The position numbers and the translations under genes were made by a program. This document shows positions 1 to 12,900 of a DNA stretch of 64,000 nt, in pieces. Below the pieces are notes generated by a model. That model had not been told where the DNA came from and ran no database searches. It was given only the letters and a program-made list of their open reading frames with translations. Every line of letters starts with the position of its first letter. Position 1 is the stretch's first letter. Origin of the DNA: Podospora anserina (Eukaryota); the NCBI GenBank assembly GCA_017654855.1, contig CM030334.1, positions 372,001-436,000 on the forward strand, in the 5' to 3' direction.

Positions 1-2091
1 ACCCGACGACTAGATACGCCAGCTCGGCCGTTCGCATCAGTCAATTGCCTGTGGACAGCACAGCGGGTTATATCTTTTCAGTCCTCCGCAAACTCGGCTT
101 TGCCGTCTCGATCGACGAAATTCGCTTCACCCCAAGTCCCGATCCAACCTATCGTGTTGCCGATCTCCTCATTGAGGATCCCGCTTTCGCCAGACAGTTC
201 ATCAGCATGGCAGATGTCTTCAAAAGATCCTTTGCGGGCAAGAATAGCATCAAAGTCATCGCTATCAACGCGCCGATGCCAGGGGGGTCGGGAATGCACA
301 GGGTTGAATGCAAAAAGGTCCTGTGCTCTTGGTACCGGCCGTTCAAGACGGTGTGGCTCAATTTCACATCGTCGGGCTTGGCCGAGATAGTCCACGAGAA
401 GTACACGAGTGGCAGGTGGAGAGTTCTCAACATGCCTGTCACAAGTCACACGCCCAAGAGGAGCAAAGCGTGGACGACAGTCATGCTCACCGAAGTCCCT
501 GCCGAGGGCTACCGAAGACGATGTCAAGAAGTCGATCCCGGCGAGCATATCGCCTAGAAACGTGGAGACTGGGACCCCGAGCTTTAGCTACGACGCTGAG
601 ATGGCGAATGCTCTTGTCAAGTCTAGGCTGATGGACGTTGGACCGCTCGAGTGGTGGGAGGATGCCGTGTTTGGAGGCAAGCGTGCCAAGGCGAAGGCTC
701 GGTTTCAGGACGATGGCGATGCTGCCAAGGCGGCCTCCCTGCTCGACGGATGGGAGCTGCCATTTCACAAGAAGGGCAAGCTCACTGTTCAGGCCATCTA
801 CTCTGCACGATTCCGGGTCCAAGAGCGGATCTATCGAGCCATCAAGCCCATTATCGAGGAATAGAGCAAGACGTGGCAAGCAAAAAAGGTGTACTTGGCT
901 GCCTATGAACCTGCTCGTTTCTCCTCTTCGCTTGTCCTGAAGTTTGAAGGAGAGGATAACAAGGCGGTTGCGGAAGCAAAGCGAATCTTAGAGCAGATAT
1001 TGTAAGGCCACCTTGCGACTAACAAAGGTAAGCCGATCTGGTTACTTACCTTTACCGTTAACGGTGAGGTCTTTCAGAAAATACAGGAACTTGAGCAACT
1101 CCTGGGCATCGTGATTATCCGCAACAGGAAGCTATCACGAGTGTACCTCTTTGGGCTGGAAGACAAGTGCAAAGAAGCCGAGACGAAGCTTGCGGCAATT
1201 GCACAGCAGGACTTGTCAACCACAAACTTCATTAAGCTTAACGCCGCCCAGTTTGCGTGGGCTTGCCGAGGTGGATTTAAGTCCATCACAGAGGCACTCG
1301 GCCGAAAGGCTACCTTTAATGTCGTCTCCGATCCCAAGCAGATTGTGGTGACAGGCTCAGACGAAGACTTCAAGCTCGCCATCGACATGGTCAAGGCCCA
1401 GAAGGAGCCCAACTCTGGGAGCAGCAGCAGCAACACGGGAAAACAATCCAGCACTGGAGACTGCTCCATTTGCTGGACGGAACCCGAAAATCCCCTCGTC
1501 ACTGATTGTGGCCATACCTATTGCTCTGACTGCTTCGAGGGACTGTGCGTCTCGGCGACCTCCTCCGCCAAAAACGACTTCATCCTCCGATGCGAAGGGA
1601 ACTCGTCCCAGTGTCAGCAAGCCTTCTCTCTTAACTTCCTCCAAGAGCGCCTATCCTCTTAACTGTTTGAAGACATCCTCGAGGTATCCTTCAAGTCCTA
1701 TGTCTCGCACCGCCCCGACGCGCTACGCTACTGCCCTACCCCTGACTGTGGCCAGATCTATCGCGCTGCGACGGGAACCTTCACCTGCCCCAATTGCCTC
1801 ACGCCGGTGTGCACGACCTGTTTCGTATCACACCAGGGCATGACGTGTGCCGACCATAAGTATGTTTCGTCAGGTGGGGACCTGGCCCTGAACGAAGCCA
1901 AGCAGCGTTTGGGGATTAAGGACTGTCCAAAGTGCAAGACTGCCATGGAAAAGACGGAGGGCTGTGACCATATGACATGTGGTGGGTGTGGGACGCATAT
2001 TTGCTGGAACTGTTTGGAGACATTTGGGACCGGGCCTGAGTGCTACAAGCATATGAACAAGGTGCATGGGGGAATTGGGATGGCCTGGTAA
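1..2091 (+). pseudogene. RBR (RING-IBR-RING, Ariadne-like) E3 ubiquitin ligase with N-terminal RRM-like region; disrupted, 5' end outside window
   Basis: Reconstructed frame contains RING1 (CSIC...CGHTYCSDC...C), IBR (CPTPDC...CPNC...CTTC...H...C) and RING2 (CPKCKTAMEKTEGCDHMTCGGCGTHICWNC). One frameshift near 505 (GGG run). In-frame stops TAG 862-864, TAA 1003-1005, TAA 1660-1662. Final stop at 2089-2091. Confidence 0.85.
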
Positions 2092-2275
2092 CTATCGTAT
2101 CCGGTATACGGAGACTTTATCGCTCACTCATCGTTTTCACTTGGATAAGAAAGCAGCTGCCTTGTCATTATTACTTTGTCCTTCGCAACTCGAAAAAAAA
2201 CAAACCAGAAAGAAACGCCAAACTTCTCTACTGACAACTTTACACGATAGTCTTTCGAATACATGGCAAACGCCC

Positions 2276-3572
2276 TCAACGCTTTTCCTTGACTGGCTTC
2301 TTCTCAAATGCCAGCATGCTGGGCGCGTAATCCCTCAGGAGGTCAATTCGTGCCCTCGATGCAGTACTCCTCTTTTTCAGGTCCTCATGGAGTACGCCTT
2401 CGACGGAGGGACGCAGCAACTTGAAATCGCTCAGTGACTGCACACAGCCGTGCCTCGCCTCAAAGTTGGGCAAGAACGGAGCCCGGAGCGGCGGTCGGTC
2501 TTGATACTTCCTGCACTTGTCTCTCAGGCTCTCCAGCCTGAGATTTCCCTCCAGCTTCCGTCTCCACTGAGAAATATTCATGAACATGGCATTTCCCTCG
2601 CTGGGACAGTATCGCCCGAGCACCTCAAGAAGCATGAGGCCAAAGACGTACACGTCGGTGGCCCTCGTCATGATGCCCTCGCGTGTGGCCTCGGGGGCCA
2701 GGTACACCAGCGTGCCACCGACGTCCTTGATGTTAGCATGGTCATGTGGAGGTTTATTCGAGGCAAACTTACATGACGAATTATTGCCAGCTGTTCGACT
2801 TCTGCTTGAAGCCTGATTTCTGTGTCTTCTTCTTGCACTCCTTGACGGCATACAACTTCCCTTCAGCAAGACACACCGCCATGGAGACTCTACCGAAACC
2901 CCCCTCACCAAGAACCTTGTACGTGTGGATCTGGCGGAGCGGCTTTTTGTCGAGATCGATGGGGACCTTTGGCGCATTGGGGCTTCTTGGCTCGAATTCT
3001 ATCATGGCGGGATTGAGTGTTCGCTGTGGCTCGAAATGGACTCCGCCCGCCTTATTATTTGCCTCTGCAATCACAATGAGGGCTTTCCTCGCCGCGTCGA
3101 CATTCTTCATGATGCTCTCTCCCCACACAAACTTGAACGATATCTCCGAGGTGAGCCATATAACGATTGGCAGGCTGCGGTCCATTGGTATGACTCGACG
3201 ACGGGGATCGTCCTGCAGGCTGTATTTGTCAATGACTTTGCCGCTTGCATCCCTGCATCCGATGCTGGTGTGGTAGCCCGTCGTCGCGTCTTGGAGAATC
3301 AGCTCCCCGGACGGGTAGAGCTGAAAGTAGCATTGCTGGTCGGGCATGCCGCGGAGGTAGAGCACAATGTCGCTCGTTTGTTTCAGTCTGCCGACGGACA
3401 AGACACGTCCGGCAAACTTGGACGTGTTCCCAGCCTTGACCCGCAAGCTGAGGGCGCCGTTGTACCGGCTTTGGTAGGAGGTGTTTTCTTCGACGATTTT
3501 GCGTGATTCGGCATCCTGTGGTACGAGGTAGAAGAGGACCTCCTTGGCCAAATCAAGAGCGGGAGGAGGCAT
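2276..3572 (-). pseudogene. FHA-like domain + Ser/Thr kinase remnant lacking subdomains IV-VII
   Basis: ATG 3572. FHA-like segment (VLSVGR...DIVL...QCYF...LILQD). Gly loop GEGGFG and AVK lysine, then a frameshift near 2825 into alphaC (EVEQLAIIRH). A 47-nt intron (2772-2726, GTAAGT..GCTAAC..AAG) joins straight to GGTLVYLAPE...DVYVFG. No HRD or DFG anywhere. Confidence 0.7.
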
Positions 3573-4369
3573 AATTTCAACGGAATGCCTTTGCGTCGAG
3601 GATGGAAATGGCAGCTGAGAAAAGTTCAAGTGTTGGCAGTGCTGGATGTGTATGACTGGAATCGACCCGCGGTTCCTCTTAAGTTGATGTAAAGAGTTGA
3701 TGAACGGTTGTACAGTTCCGGAAACACTGGCCCTTTTAACCTAGTCACTGACGGGCTTCTGACTTGGATAAAGCTACCTATCTGGATATCTACCTATCCA
3801 AGTTACTTAACCAACACACGACCAACCTGCGGCGATCCTATGATTACAGCGCCACTCACGACGAGGCTGGCGGCCCCGTTCGAGACCAGTAACCTGGGCC
3901 AGAGTTGACAAATGTAACCATGGGCGCCCTGACTGTGTTTTGGGGGGGGGGGCGAGATGTCTGGGTAGTCAACCCACCTCATTCACCCCTACTGTGAGCG
4001 CCGATAGGAGTGAATCTGATGGAATAACTCCGGTCGAGGCACTGTAGGGAACCTCCAGATGCAGGTTGGAGTGATTCCAGACCTAGTCGATATGTTTCAT
4101 ATGCTATTCTGAGAGGAAAGCGGTTGGCCAAACATGAATGATGTTGGACCCTTATGAAGGCGCGTAATTGCATTTGGCACAGTGCACGCTCCTGTTGATA
4201 CACCGTCTCCATGCATGTTGGAAGCCTGGGCAACCAGCGGGGTTTCCAACATCAACACCACGAAGCCCTTTCCCTTCATCTCATTCACCATACCTTAACA
4301 GCTTTTCGATTTGGAACTTGAACAGCTCGTCACCACAAACTGATTTCATTCACTTCACTGTCACTGACA

Positions 4370-5817
4370 ATGACCAACATGGATCTCGACAACCACCACC
4401 CAACTATTCCTCTAGACGACGCGCCCATCATCCGGCTCACTGAACATGCGCTTCGTCAACATACGCTTGAGGAGATGCGGCGAAATGGTATTCCGTCGGA
4501 AGATCTTTCAGAAAGGCAATGCTCGGTCAGAGATTCCGTTTTGAGAGAGTAGAGGCTGAGCGCAAGGCCAATGGCGAAGAGTTTGCATGGCCTGAACCTA
4601 CTTCCTCTAGGAGATCAGCTCCCCAGATGCCCAACAGCGAGTCTGAACGGAAGGGGCAAGAAGAAACAGAGAAAATGATGAGCGAGCCTCTAGAACACGA
4701 TTTAGCGACATTCCGTGAGCCGTCATCCCCGCCGACGACGGTCTATACCGGCAACTGGAAACGCGAACAGGAATATGAAGACCTCCAGAGGGAACTCCGA
4801 GAGGCCACCAAGCGCGACCTCAACATACACCCATACAAGCACAAACCCCTGTCAAACTCACAGGACTTTCTCAGTGAGCCTGGCGCTGCCCGACAGCAAC
4901 TGGCATGTGACGATACCGAACCCTACAATCCACCCAAGGCCGGTAATTCGGAATTCCTGTCTGATCCTCCCCCCCACACGGTCGTGGACGGCTTCGGCGA
5001 GCTGGGGGTGTACATGTCCCAGGCGAGCTACGTGATATCACTCGGTGGCTCCGCTCTGCCGGACCTCAAATACGGCATCATCATCGTCCCTGCTGGCGAC
5101 GAATCGCTTCTGTTTACGGGCTATGGCGACCATGCAGATATGCCTGCAGACTTCCGAGCCGAAATATATGCCAAGAGCAGAGAAGTGAGGAAGCAAGTGT
5201 TTGACGAAGAGATAAAAATGTGTGGGAGCTACGTGCCTCGCACAACTCGCCGGGGTGGCCACATGTTTAGACTGCCTCCGATGGAAGAGCCGGAGAAGCT
5301 GTTTTATGCGCAGAGGGTTCGAGAGAGACGGGCTAAACATCGGGAGCTACATGGAACCAGGCGGTCGAGCGATGTCGGATCGCAGCTGTCTGACGGAGCC
5401 GAGGCCGAGGCTGGAGCTGTATCATTTTCTGATCAGTACCCTGTTCGGTCCCCTGGTTCCAACAGCTCACAAATGTACATCCATGGCGACTCTATTGCGT
5501 TGCCTCCGATCGCAGGGGTTGTTGACGGTCTGCGGCGGTTGTTTGCACAACAACTGCAGCAACAAGAGAAACCTGGGGGTGGGCCAGGGCACGAACTGTA
5601 CCATCCCGACAAGTTGAATGAGCTCGCGCAGTTTCTTTGGAAGCTTGCCGACGGAAATGTGCGGGAGAACCCCGGGCTGGACAAAGAGGTGTGGAAGAGG
5701 TTACATGAAGTGGGAGCCTCCGCTTCCGTGGCAGCAGAGGAGGATATTCCCGCAGATCATGGTATGGACAATAATGACACAACCAAGTCGGTTGAAGAGC
5801 AGAGCACTGAAATATGA
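4370..5817 (+). CDS. Hypothetical protein (432-aa ORF 4519-5817, probably preceded by the 4370-4552 segment through a frameshift at the GA run near 4549)
   Basis: Long ORF. Upstream short ORF has a good start context (acaATG) and overlaps it in another frame. No recognisable domain. Confidence 0.5.
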
Positions 5818-6158
5818 GCTGGTAAGATAGATATAGATGTCATTGGATTCCCTTTGTCATGTACATTTTGTCCCCTTGCATTGTCGCCGTCTTGGCTAGC
5901 TAAGCCTATGGCGCAGTGGGTACGATGGACAGTGAACAGAGTCAGGAGGACAGCCAGGATTCCGTTTAAAATAGTAAAAGCAAGACGGAGAGCTCGCAGT
6001 ACTCAGTATAAGACACTAACCATGTAATATAATAACCCAACAACGAAGAAGGTATCTTGTAAACCAGAAGACTAATGGTACAGAAAAGCCTTCATAACAA
6101 CAAATAGTCACCATCAAAACATACCACCCCGACACCTATACCAAAGAAGACAAATAAA

Positions 6159-6987
6159 TCACTCATCACTCAACACCACCTCGCCCCTCTCCCCCACCCC
6201 CCACCCCGTCTCATACATACACCTCCCCGCCTCACAATCAGCATGAAACACCATCCCCCCTCCCTCAGCCTGCACCACGCTCGCCCCCCCCCCCGGCGCC
6301 GGAAACCGGTAATCCCTCGTCTCCTTTCCCATCAGCTCCCCCATCCTCACCCACGGGCCCTTGATATCCTCCGCTACCGCAAACCGGACATCATACTCAG
6401 CAGTATTGTAACAATGCGAGCTATAAAAAAGCACATACTTCCCCTTTCTGGTCTTCACCAAGCTCGGCGCCTCAATCAGCGGCCCGTCCACCTCCTCTAT
6501 CCGATCCAGTATCGTGATCGCTTCCCCAACAGGGGTAAACCCATCTTTCACATTGACCTCTTGACCCGTTTCCGCACGGCCCTCCTTTGCCTTTGGCGCT
6601 CCCGTCCACTTTGTAGATTACACACCGTCTGTTTTGTTCGGTGTCGTAGAATCCAGAAGCGTCGATTGCGCCGCCGTCTGTGTCGGGGCAGGCAAAAGGT
6701 TGCATGTGGGGGGTGTACGGACCTAGAATGGAGGTGCGGGAGACTGCCACGCCGATGCAGTGGTAGGGGGAACCGGAGAGGCGGCCGGAGTAGTACATCA
6801 CGTACGTGTTGTTGCCCGCCAGTGGTGGGGGGAGGTGGTGGATGTCGGGGGCCCAGATTAAAGGGAGGGTGTCGTTTACCCAGTCGCCTGGGCGGGGGAG
6901 GAGGTCGATGTCAGACAGAAAAGTCCACCCAGCGTCGGTGGAAGCGGAGGTGAAAGAGGGGAAGTAAGGGGACGAGGTACAGTAGTC
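6159..6987 (-). pseudogene. Glycoside hydrolase family 43 remnant (5'-truncated, frameshifted)
   Basis: GH43 motifs IWAPDI, YVMYYSG, HCIGVA, GGAIDAS, LIEAPSL, YVLFYSS, APGG. Frame switch near 6560. The frame begins after a TAG at 6988-6990 with no ATG or signal peptide. Confidence 0.75.
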
Positions 6988-7646
6988 CTAGCTGTGATGG
7001 TCCTTGTTTCATCCACAAACTACAAGAATTATACTGCACGGTGAACCTGTTCCAGAGATGAAGTATTTGCGCCATTTCTGAACAGTAAGGAGGGTGGAGT
7101 GCGACTTGTTACTGCGACACCTTATAAAAGAGTCCGGAAACGGCAAAAAGTTTCCCTCGACCGTGAAGAACAACTATGTCCGGGATCTGACCTCATTGTT
7201 CCGTGCTTTTCCAGCAGCGACCTCCCAAGCCCTGCATAGGTAATGCCATGCTTGATCTATGAGGGGGGATGCTGCCGGTGCTGTCATGGTGGCTCAGGCT
7301 GACCTCCGGTTCGATGTGGAGAGAAGAAAGGACCCAAAAATGGGCTGCTCAAATGCAGGATATGTTGCAATGGAACCTCGGACTAGGCTTACCGAGTCCA
7401 TCACAGACAAACTCAGATTTTTTCAAATTTGCTGCCATTTATCCAGCTGCTGTTGGTGACGGGATGCCACCACGGCCTATCTGCTGCCAAGATTTATTCC
7501 CGCCGAAGGCTTTGAACCACCCTGTAGACGACTCACCCACATAAAACACATGGCGTATAAAGAGTAGATCACACTCTCAGTGTCAAGATGGCCAAATGTT
7601 TTCCACCCTCTTTTCCGTCCACTAACAACTCCCACCGCCGGTAAAA

Positions 7647-8316
7647 ATGAAGCTAATCCCCCTTATTCTTCCCTCCTGCTTGGCCAGCGCTCAGGCTCTA
7701 GGTCAACGCCTGAATTTCACCGTCGACGCAACCGGCCGCGGCTGTCCACCGGGCTCTGTATCGGCTACCATTTCCCCTGACGCCCAGGTCATGACTTTTG
7801 GTTTCGACAAGCTCCAAGCTTACATCGGCCCAGGTTACGACCTTGCTGCAAGAACATCAAACTGTGGAGTCCATATCACGATCAATCGTCCAAACAGCCA
7901 CGTGCAGTATGCTGTTGTTGAGAACACCTATCACGGCTATGAGCATCTGGACAAAAGTATCACTCTCACGCTCCTGTCGACGTTGTACCGCTCGGATAAC
8001 GCGGGGCAGGTGATGACTACATCGGCCGCTATTCCGGGTTCAGGCGTGGGCCAGACATTCACCAGGACGGTGGCTGTTCCGGAGACCGAGTACCTGTGGT
8101 CAACATGTGGGAGCAATTCGACTCTGTGGATGTTGAGTGAAAGAATTTCATTGACGAGCAGGGAGAGAGGTGTTGAGGGAAAGTTTCAGGATGAGGGCGA
8201 GGGTGTTGTACCGCTGACAAGGCAGCTGCGGCTTCTGTGAGTTTTCATTGTGGTGAGAGCTGAAGGCGGGATGGGAGCCATGCTAACTTGGGAGCAGATA
8301 TCGCCAGTGCAACTGA
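7647..8316 (+). CDS. Secreted fungal protein, DUF4360-like
   Basis: Signal peptide; G-x-GCP-x-GS, 'TFGFD' and 'NC' pattern. Intron 8237-8297 (GTGAGT..GCTAAC..CAG) gives C-terminus LLYRQCN, stop 8314-8316. Confidence 0.75.
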
Positions 8317-8518
8317 GATGGCCGATGCTTGGGAATGTGTATTGCCTTTTGTTTAATCTTCATGCCGAAGGCCCTATGCTGAGGCTTAGCAATGGAAACA
8401 AAATTGCTGTAGCTCTCTCTTTCTTCGTTCTAAGGTTATCTAAGCAACTAATGCCTGATGACCATCTTCACAGACTGGACATGCTCCAAAAAGCTTGATA
8501 CTGAGGGCTAATTAATGT

Positions 8519-9283
8519 TCAGTCTGAGTCCTCGATTGGCTCGGGTGAAGATTCCTGTTCTTCGGCGTCATTCTCAGCCTCGGAATCATCCTGTTGTTCA
8601 GGATCGGAATGGATAAACTCTACTCCGGGATCGTCTTTCTCTGTTTCGTAGGGCCTGGTGGGCGAGGAAACCTGAGCCCATTCTGACTACCTGACCTTCT
8701 TCTCTATCTTCGTCTTTTTCCTGCTGGGGTAGCAGTTGGGGGTTGTCTCGACAGTGTTATCAGCCTCCTCGGGCTCGGGCGAGCGCTTTCGTTTGAGAAT
8801 GCTGGCTCCCTTCTTCTTCCTCTTGAGAATCTTGACGAACTCGAGCTCAAGCTCGGTGTCAGTATCCGAATCGTAGAAATGCCGTATTTGGCGGGTGAGT
8901 CCTCCTGAGTTGGCAAGGGTTCATACCCCACACGGCCGCTTTTCTTCCAGACCTCGATACGAGCCATGGTAATGGCCTGTTGTTGACGACACTTTTTGCG
9001 GAACTTCCTCAGTTTGGCGGGGGGATCTCCCGATCCTTGTGACAGTGGTAGTACCTCTTGACGGGGGCCTCCAGTTGGTCCTCAAAGAAACCATAGTCGT
9101 CAATGAATGGGTCGCTGGAGAGCTTGTGATCGTTGTAGCGGACCCATGTGGTTTTAAAAATCCTGGCATCCTCGTCAAAGCCCCCTTCGTCAGAGTCCTC
9201 TTGGTCGGAGCCTTCATGGAAAGATGAGCTGTCAAGGAGAGTTGGGAAGTCTTCCTCAGAAATCTGTCCCTAAAGCCAGGCAT
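8519..9283 (-). pseudogene. Degenerate acidic/basic low-complexity protein gene (several frames, internal stops)
   Basis: Protein-like segments (DQEDSDEGGFDED..., KRKKKGASILKRKRSPEPEE, DSEAENDAEEQE) are spread over different frames after ATG 9283. Confidence 0.35.
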
Positions 9284-9995
9284 GAAGCGGACATGTCAGA
9301 AGACATTGCTGGGCCAAGAAAAGAAAAAGAGATATAATTACCGCGGTGGAGTTTTGGTCTCCTGGAGTCTTTACGATCTGGCCTTCAGCTGTGGAATCCA
9401 TATTGCTCCTGTGCTGGCCATCCAAACCAATCAACATGTTCTCTGCCGTTTTGTCAGAGCAAATAGGTAAGAAAAAATCTGCAAGTACCATACTGGGAGT
9501 GAAGTGAATGAGTTCTCTGATGGATGAATTTCTTTGAAAATGGGGCTGTGGTATTGTGAAGCATTCTTCTTCAGAGTGCTGTCAATAACATGAAGCAGAC
9601 AGTAACTCGCAGTGAGTGGTGCATGTAAAATGAAAGGAAAGAGGCACAGCACATGCTAAACAAATCCTTATACCATAAAACCTGATCCCACGACCGTGAG
9701 TGGCTGATCATGTAGGGCCTCTTCAATGTTATTGTTTAGATACCTTGTAATAGGATTCATACAAAGCCTTTGGTACCGACACGGGAAATATGCGACAATG
9801 GTTCTTTGTCTGTCGTCGATCGAGCCCAGCGGCGATGCCAGGTCCAAGTCCGGGTGCCTTGGGCTGCCGGTTTCTTTGTCTGCATCATAGGTAGTCACCA
9901 CCCACAGATTCCTAATCAACTCGAGCAGGTACAGCGTGCTTCTTGAAACTTTTGATTGAAAAATCTTCAGCTAGCCATTGCACACTGTCTTTACG

Positions 9996-12900
9996 ATGCC
10001 GATCACTTTGCCACGAAGCCGCAGGGAGGAGGTGACTGTTCCGGCGATGGAAAAGCTGGCTCCTGTTCACTGTCCACTCCGTGCGGAGACTGACACCCCC
10101 GATATTCATGGGAATCGAGGGCTCGCTCGGCATGGCCTTGGGGCGGCGAATAGATGGGGTACAACCCCCGACCAGCTAGTCAAAGCCGACTGGGGATGGA
10201 CGCGATGGCGATGGCTTCCTCATCCTGCCCCTGTGACACCCTATTCCGTTAGTCACCAGCTCCGGATCCTGAAGCCGCCCAAGGCAGGGATCAGCTCAAG
10301 TTTCCGCACCTGGAGGAGATCTACCAACTCTTTTATGGATGTACTATCAAAATCGAGAGATTGGGATGCAGATGTGACCCAGACGAAGAAGTCAAGATAT
10401 TTAAGCCATTACGACACGTCCTTTGTGCCAGGTTGGGCAAGGGATTTGGAAAGCGACGTTCAAATAATGAGAGACAGATTCAATGAGGTAATCACCAGGC
10501 TGCGTGAAGAGAAAGAAGTTGGAAAAGACGGGAGGCCAACATCATCAAGAGTCCTCAACAACTGGTTAAACACGGCGCGAAGGGTACAGGTACCTGGGAC
10601 TGGAAACATAGTGGTCTCAGGGACAACATCATCAATATCACCTGGAACGAGAACGACACCGGTACCAGGGAGGCAACATCACGAACCTAGGACCCCCTCG
10701 GATCAAACAGACCCAGACCCATCGAACCCTGAGCAAGATGAGTCGAGTACAACACTTGTTGAATCGCCTAATGCGGAGCCGCCGTTACAACTGGTGCTTC
10801 GAGCGATAAGAAATGAGCTTGTACTCATCAAGGATGCCTATCAGGATTTGAATGACAAATTCACAAGGTACCACAGATTGGCAACTCAGGGTGGACATCA
10901 GCGAGGCCTGGAATCCGAGAGTGAGGGATCTAACGAGGAACCTCAGGCTCCTGAACCGCCTGGTCAGGCATTGGGGCCAACAACACCAGCAGTAACAAGC
11001 CAAACAGACCAAATCCTACCGCCATTGGCGCAGTCGATGACGTGGAGGAACAAACACCTAGAACCACAGGAGGCCAAGTGTGAACAACAAGCAAAGCGAC
11101 AACAACGAGTAATTGACCACTTACTTGACCGAGTAAAAGCACTAAGTAGAGAAAAGAGCCCCAATGAAACCAGCAGCATACTACCCAACAACTCGGCCGA
11201 CACCAGCATGACCACGGCTGCGTCTCCGCTTCAGACAGCCAGTCAAGCCAACACAGGTGCTCCTGGCACACAACCTTTGACTGGTCAACCAGGAGGAAGT
11301 GCTGCAATTGGTAAAATGGTGGAGGAAAAGATGCGGCAGTTTCTCGGCATAGCTGCCACCACAGCTCAAGCTCAGGATGCAAACGTTGCCTCAACGGGTC
11401 AGGTCCAAGCTTCAAATACTGCCCCAACAAGCGTGCATGTAGAGACTGCTGCCGGGAGCACCGCCACTAGCACCAATACACCTCCCCAAGGAACTGCAGC
11501 CCAAGATCCAGATATTACACAAGCACTCGCTATCCTTGCACAGGCCCTCTCCACCACTGCTATCCAGGTACCTGTCACTGGAACCGCCCCTAATGGCACA
11601 GCCTCCGCCGGAATCATCGCCGCTGCCCAAGAACCAAACAAAACCCGGGTTCTTGCTATCATCAGAAATGCCCTTGCTGCCACTGGTACTGGCGCACCTC
11701 CCACAGCAACAGTAACCACCACGCAGACCGTTTCCACCGGCGCCGACGCACCTTCCCACGCAGTAGTAAACGCAGCAACCAACACTGAAGATCCAAAGAC
11801 ACCGCCTCCTACCACCGAAAGGGTCATCGTCAGGGGTCAAGAGCAAATCCACGCCCTCTTCCGCTCTCTGAGGCTTCAAACCAGGCAGTTCAGCTACAGC
11901 GCCGCCTTCCAACTCGACAGCCCCATGTTGTTCGAGACAGACGTCCAGAAGAAGAACAGGGAGAAGCCGTTTTGTCCACCTGAGCTTTGGGAAAGGCTGA
12001 ACCGCGATCAGAGAGCCAATCGGATATGCCAGTTGATTTTCATGTGGCTGTGGCGCCAGATACTCCGACCGGGTGTGGAGAGTTTTGGTGTGAAGCCTGT
12101 GACTGCTGAGCCGGAGAGTTCAGAGAGGGGGTCGCAGGAGGAAATAGCGACCCCTTTTCAGAGGTTGAGTCGAGCCATCGCCCCGCTTGGGGATAAGATC
12201 TTTCGGACGCTGAGTCCGGTGATTCAGTTCGAGTTTTCTCGAAACGAATACCTTGTTCGGAGGCGGATTTGGAAGTTGTGCCATGATGCTGCGCTGTTGA
12301 AGATGATGTTCCGGGAGGGGCCTGGGAAGCAGATGAGGGTTGAGGTACCGGGGGCCCATGGGGACCAGACGGCTGAAAACAAATGGATGGAGCGGGGATT
12401 TGACGACTTGACCCATGCTCTTCCCTTCCAGCACTGGGTTCGTGTTATAGACCTGGAGAAGTCCACGGGAAAGAGGGCAATCGTGTGTGTTCCGTTTGGA
12501 GCGCTGACGATGGTGGAAGATGGGAAGAAGGTAGTTTTGGAAAGGGCTTGGATAGTTGGAAATGCTAATGAAGGTTCTGGCCTGTTCGTGCTGCAACGGA
12601 AGAGTCCCGAAGAAGTAAAAAGAACAGGTCCAGGAACCGAGCACGAAGAGCCAAACGAATTAGATAGCGGCGAGACAGAAGACCGTGATGAGACAGAAGA
12701 CGCTTGCGAGACAGAACACACTGGCGATGAGGAGATGACTGGCGAAACAGCAAAACCTGTCGAGACAGAAACAATTAGTGAAGGCCCGAAGCCTGATGAG
12801 CGGCAGAAGCCCACCAACATCACCCAACAGTCCGAGGTCATTGTTATTTCAAGCGAGGACGCCGATGGTGATGAGTCCGAGTCGGAGTCAGAACACGATG

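Noticed and set aside
862-864. TAG in the RBR gene as an editing site
   Set aside because: The gene also has two TAA stops and a frameshift, so one UAG>UGG edit could not restore it.
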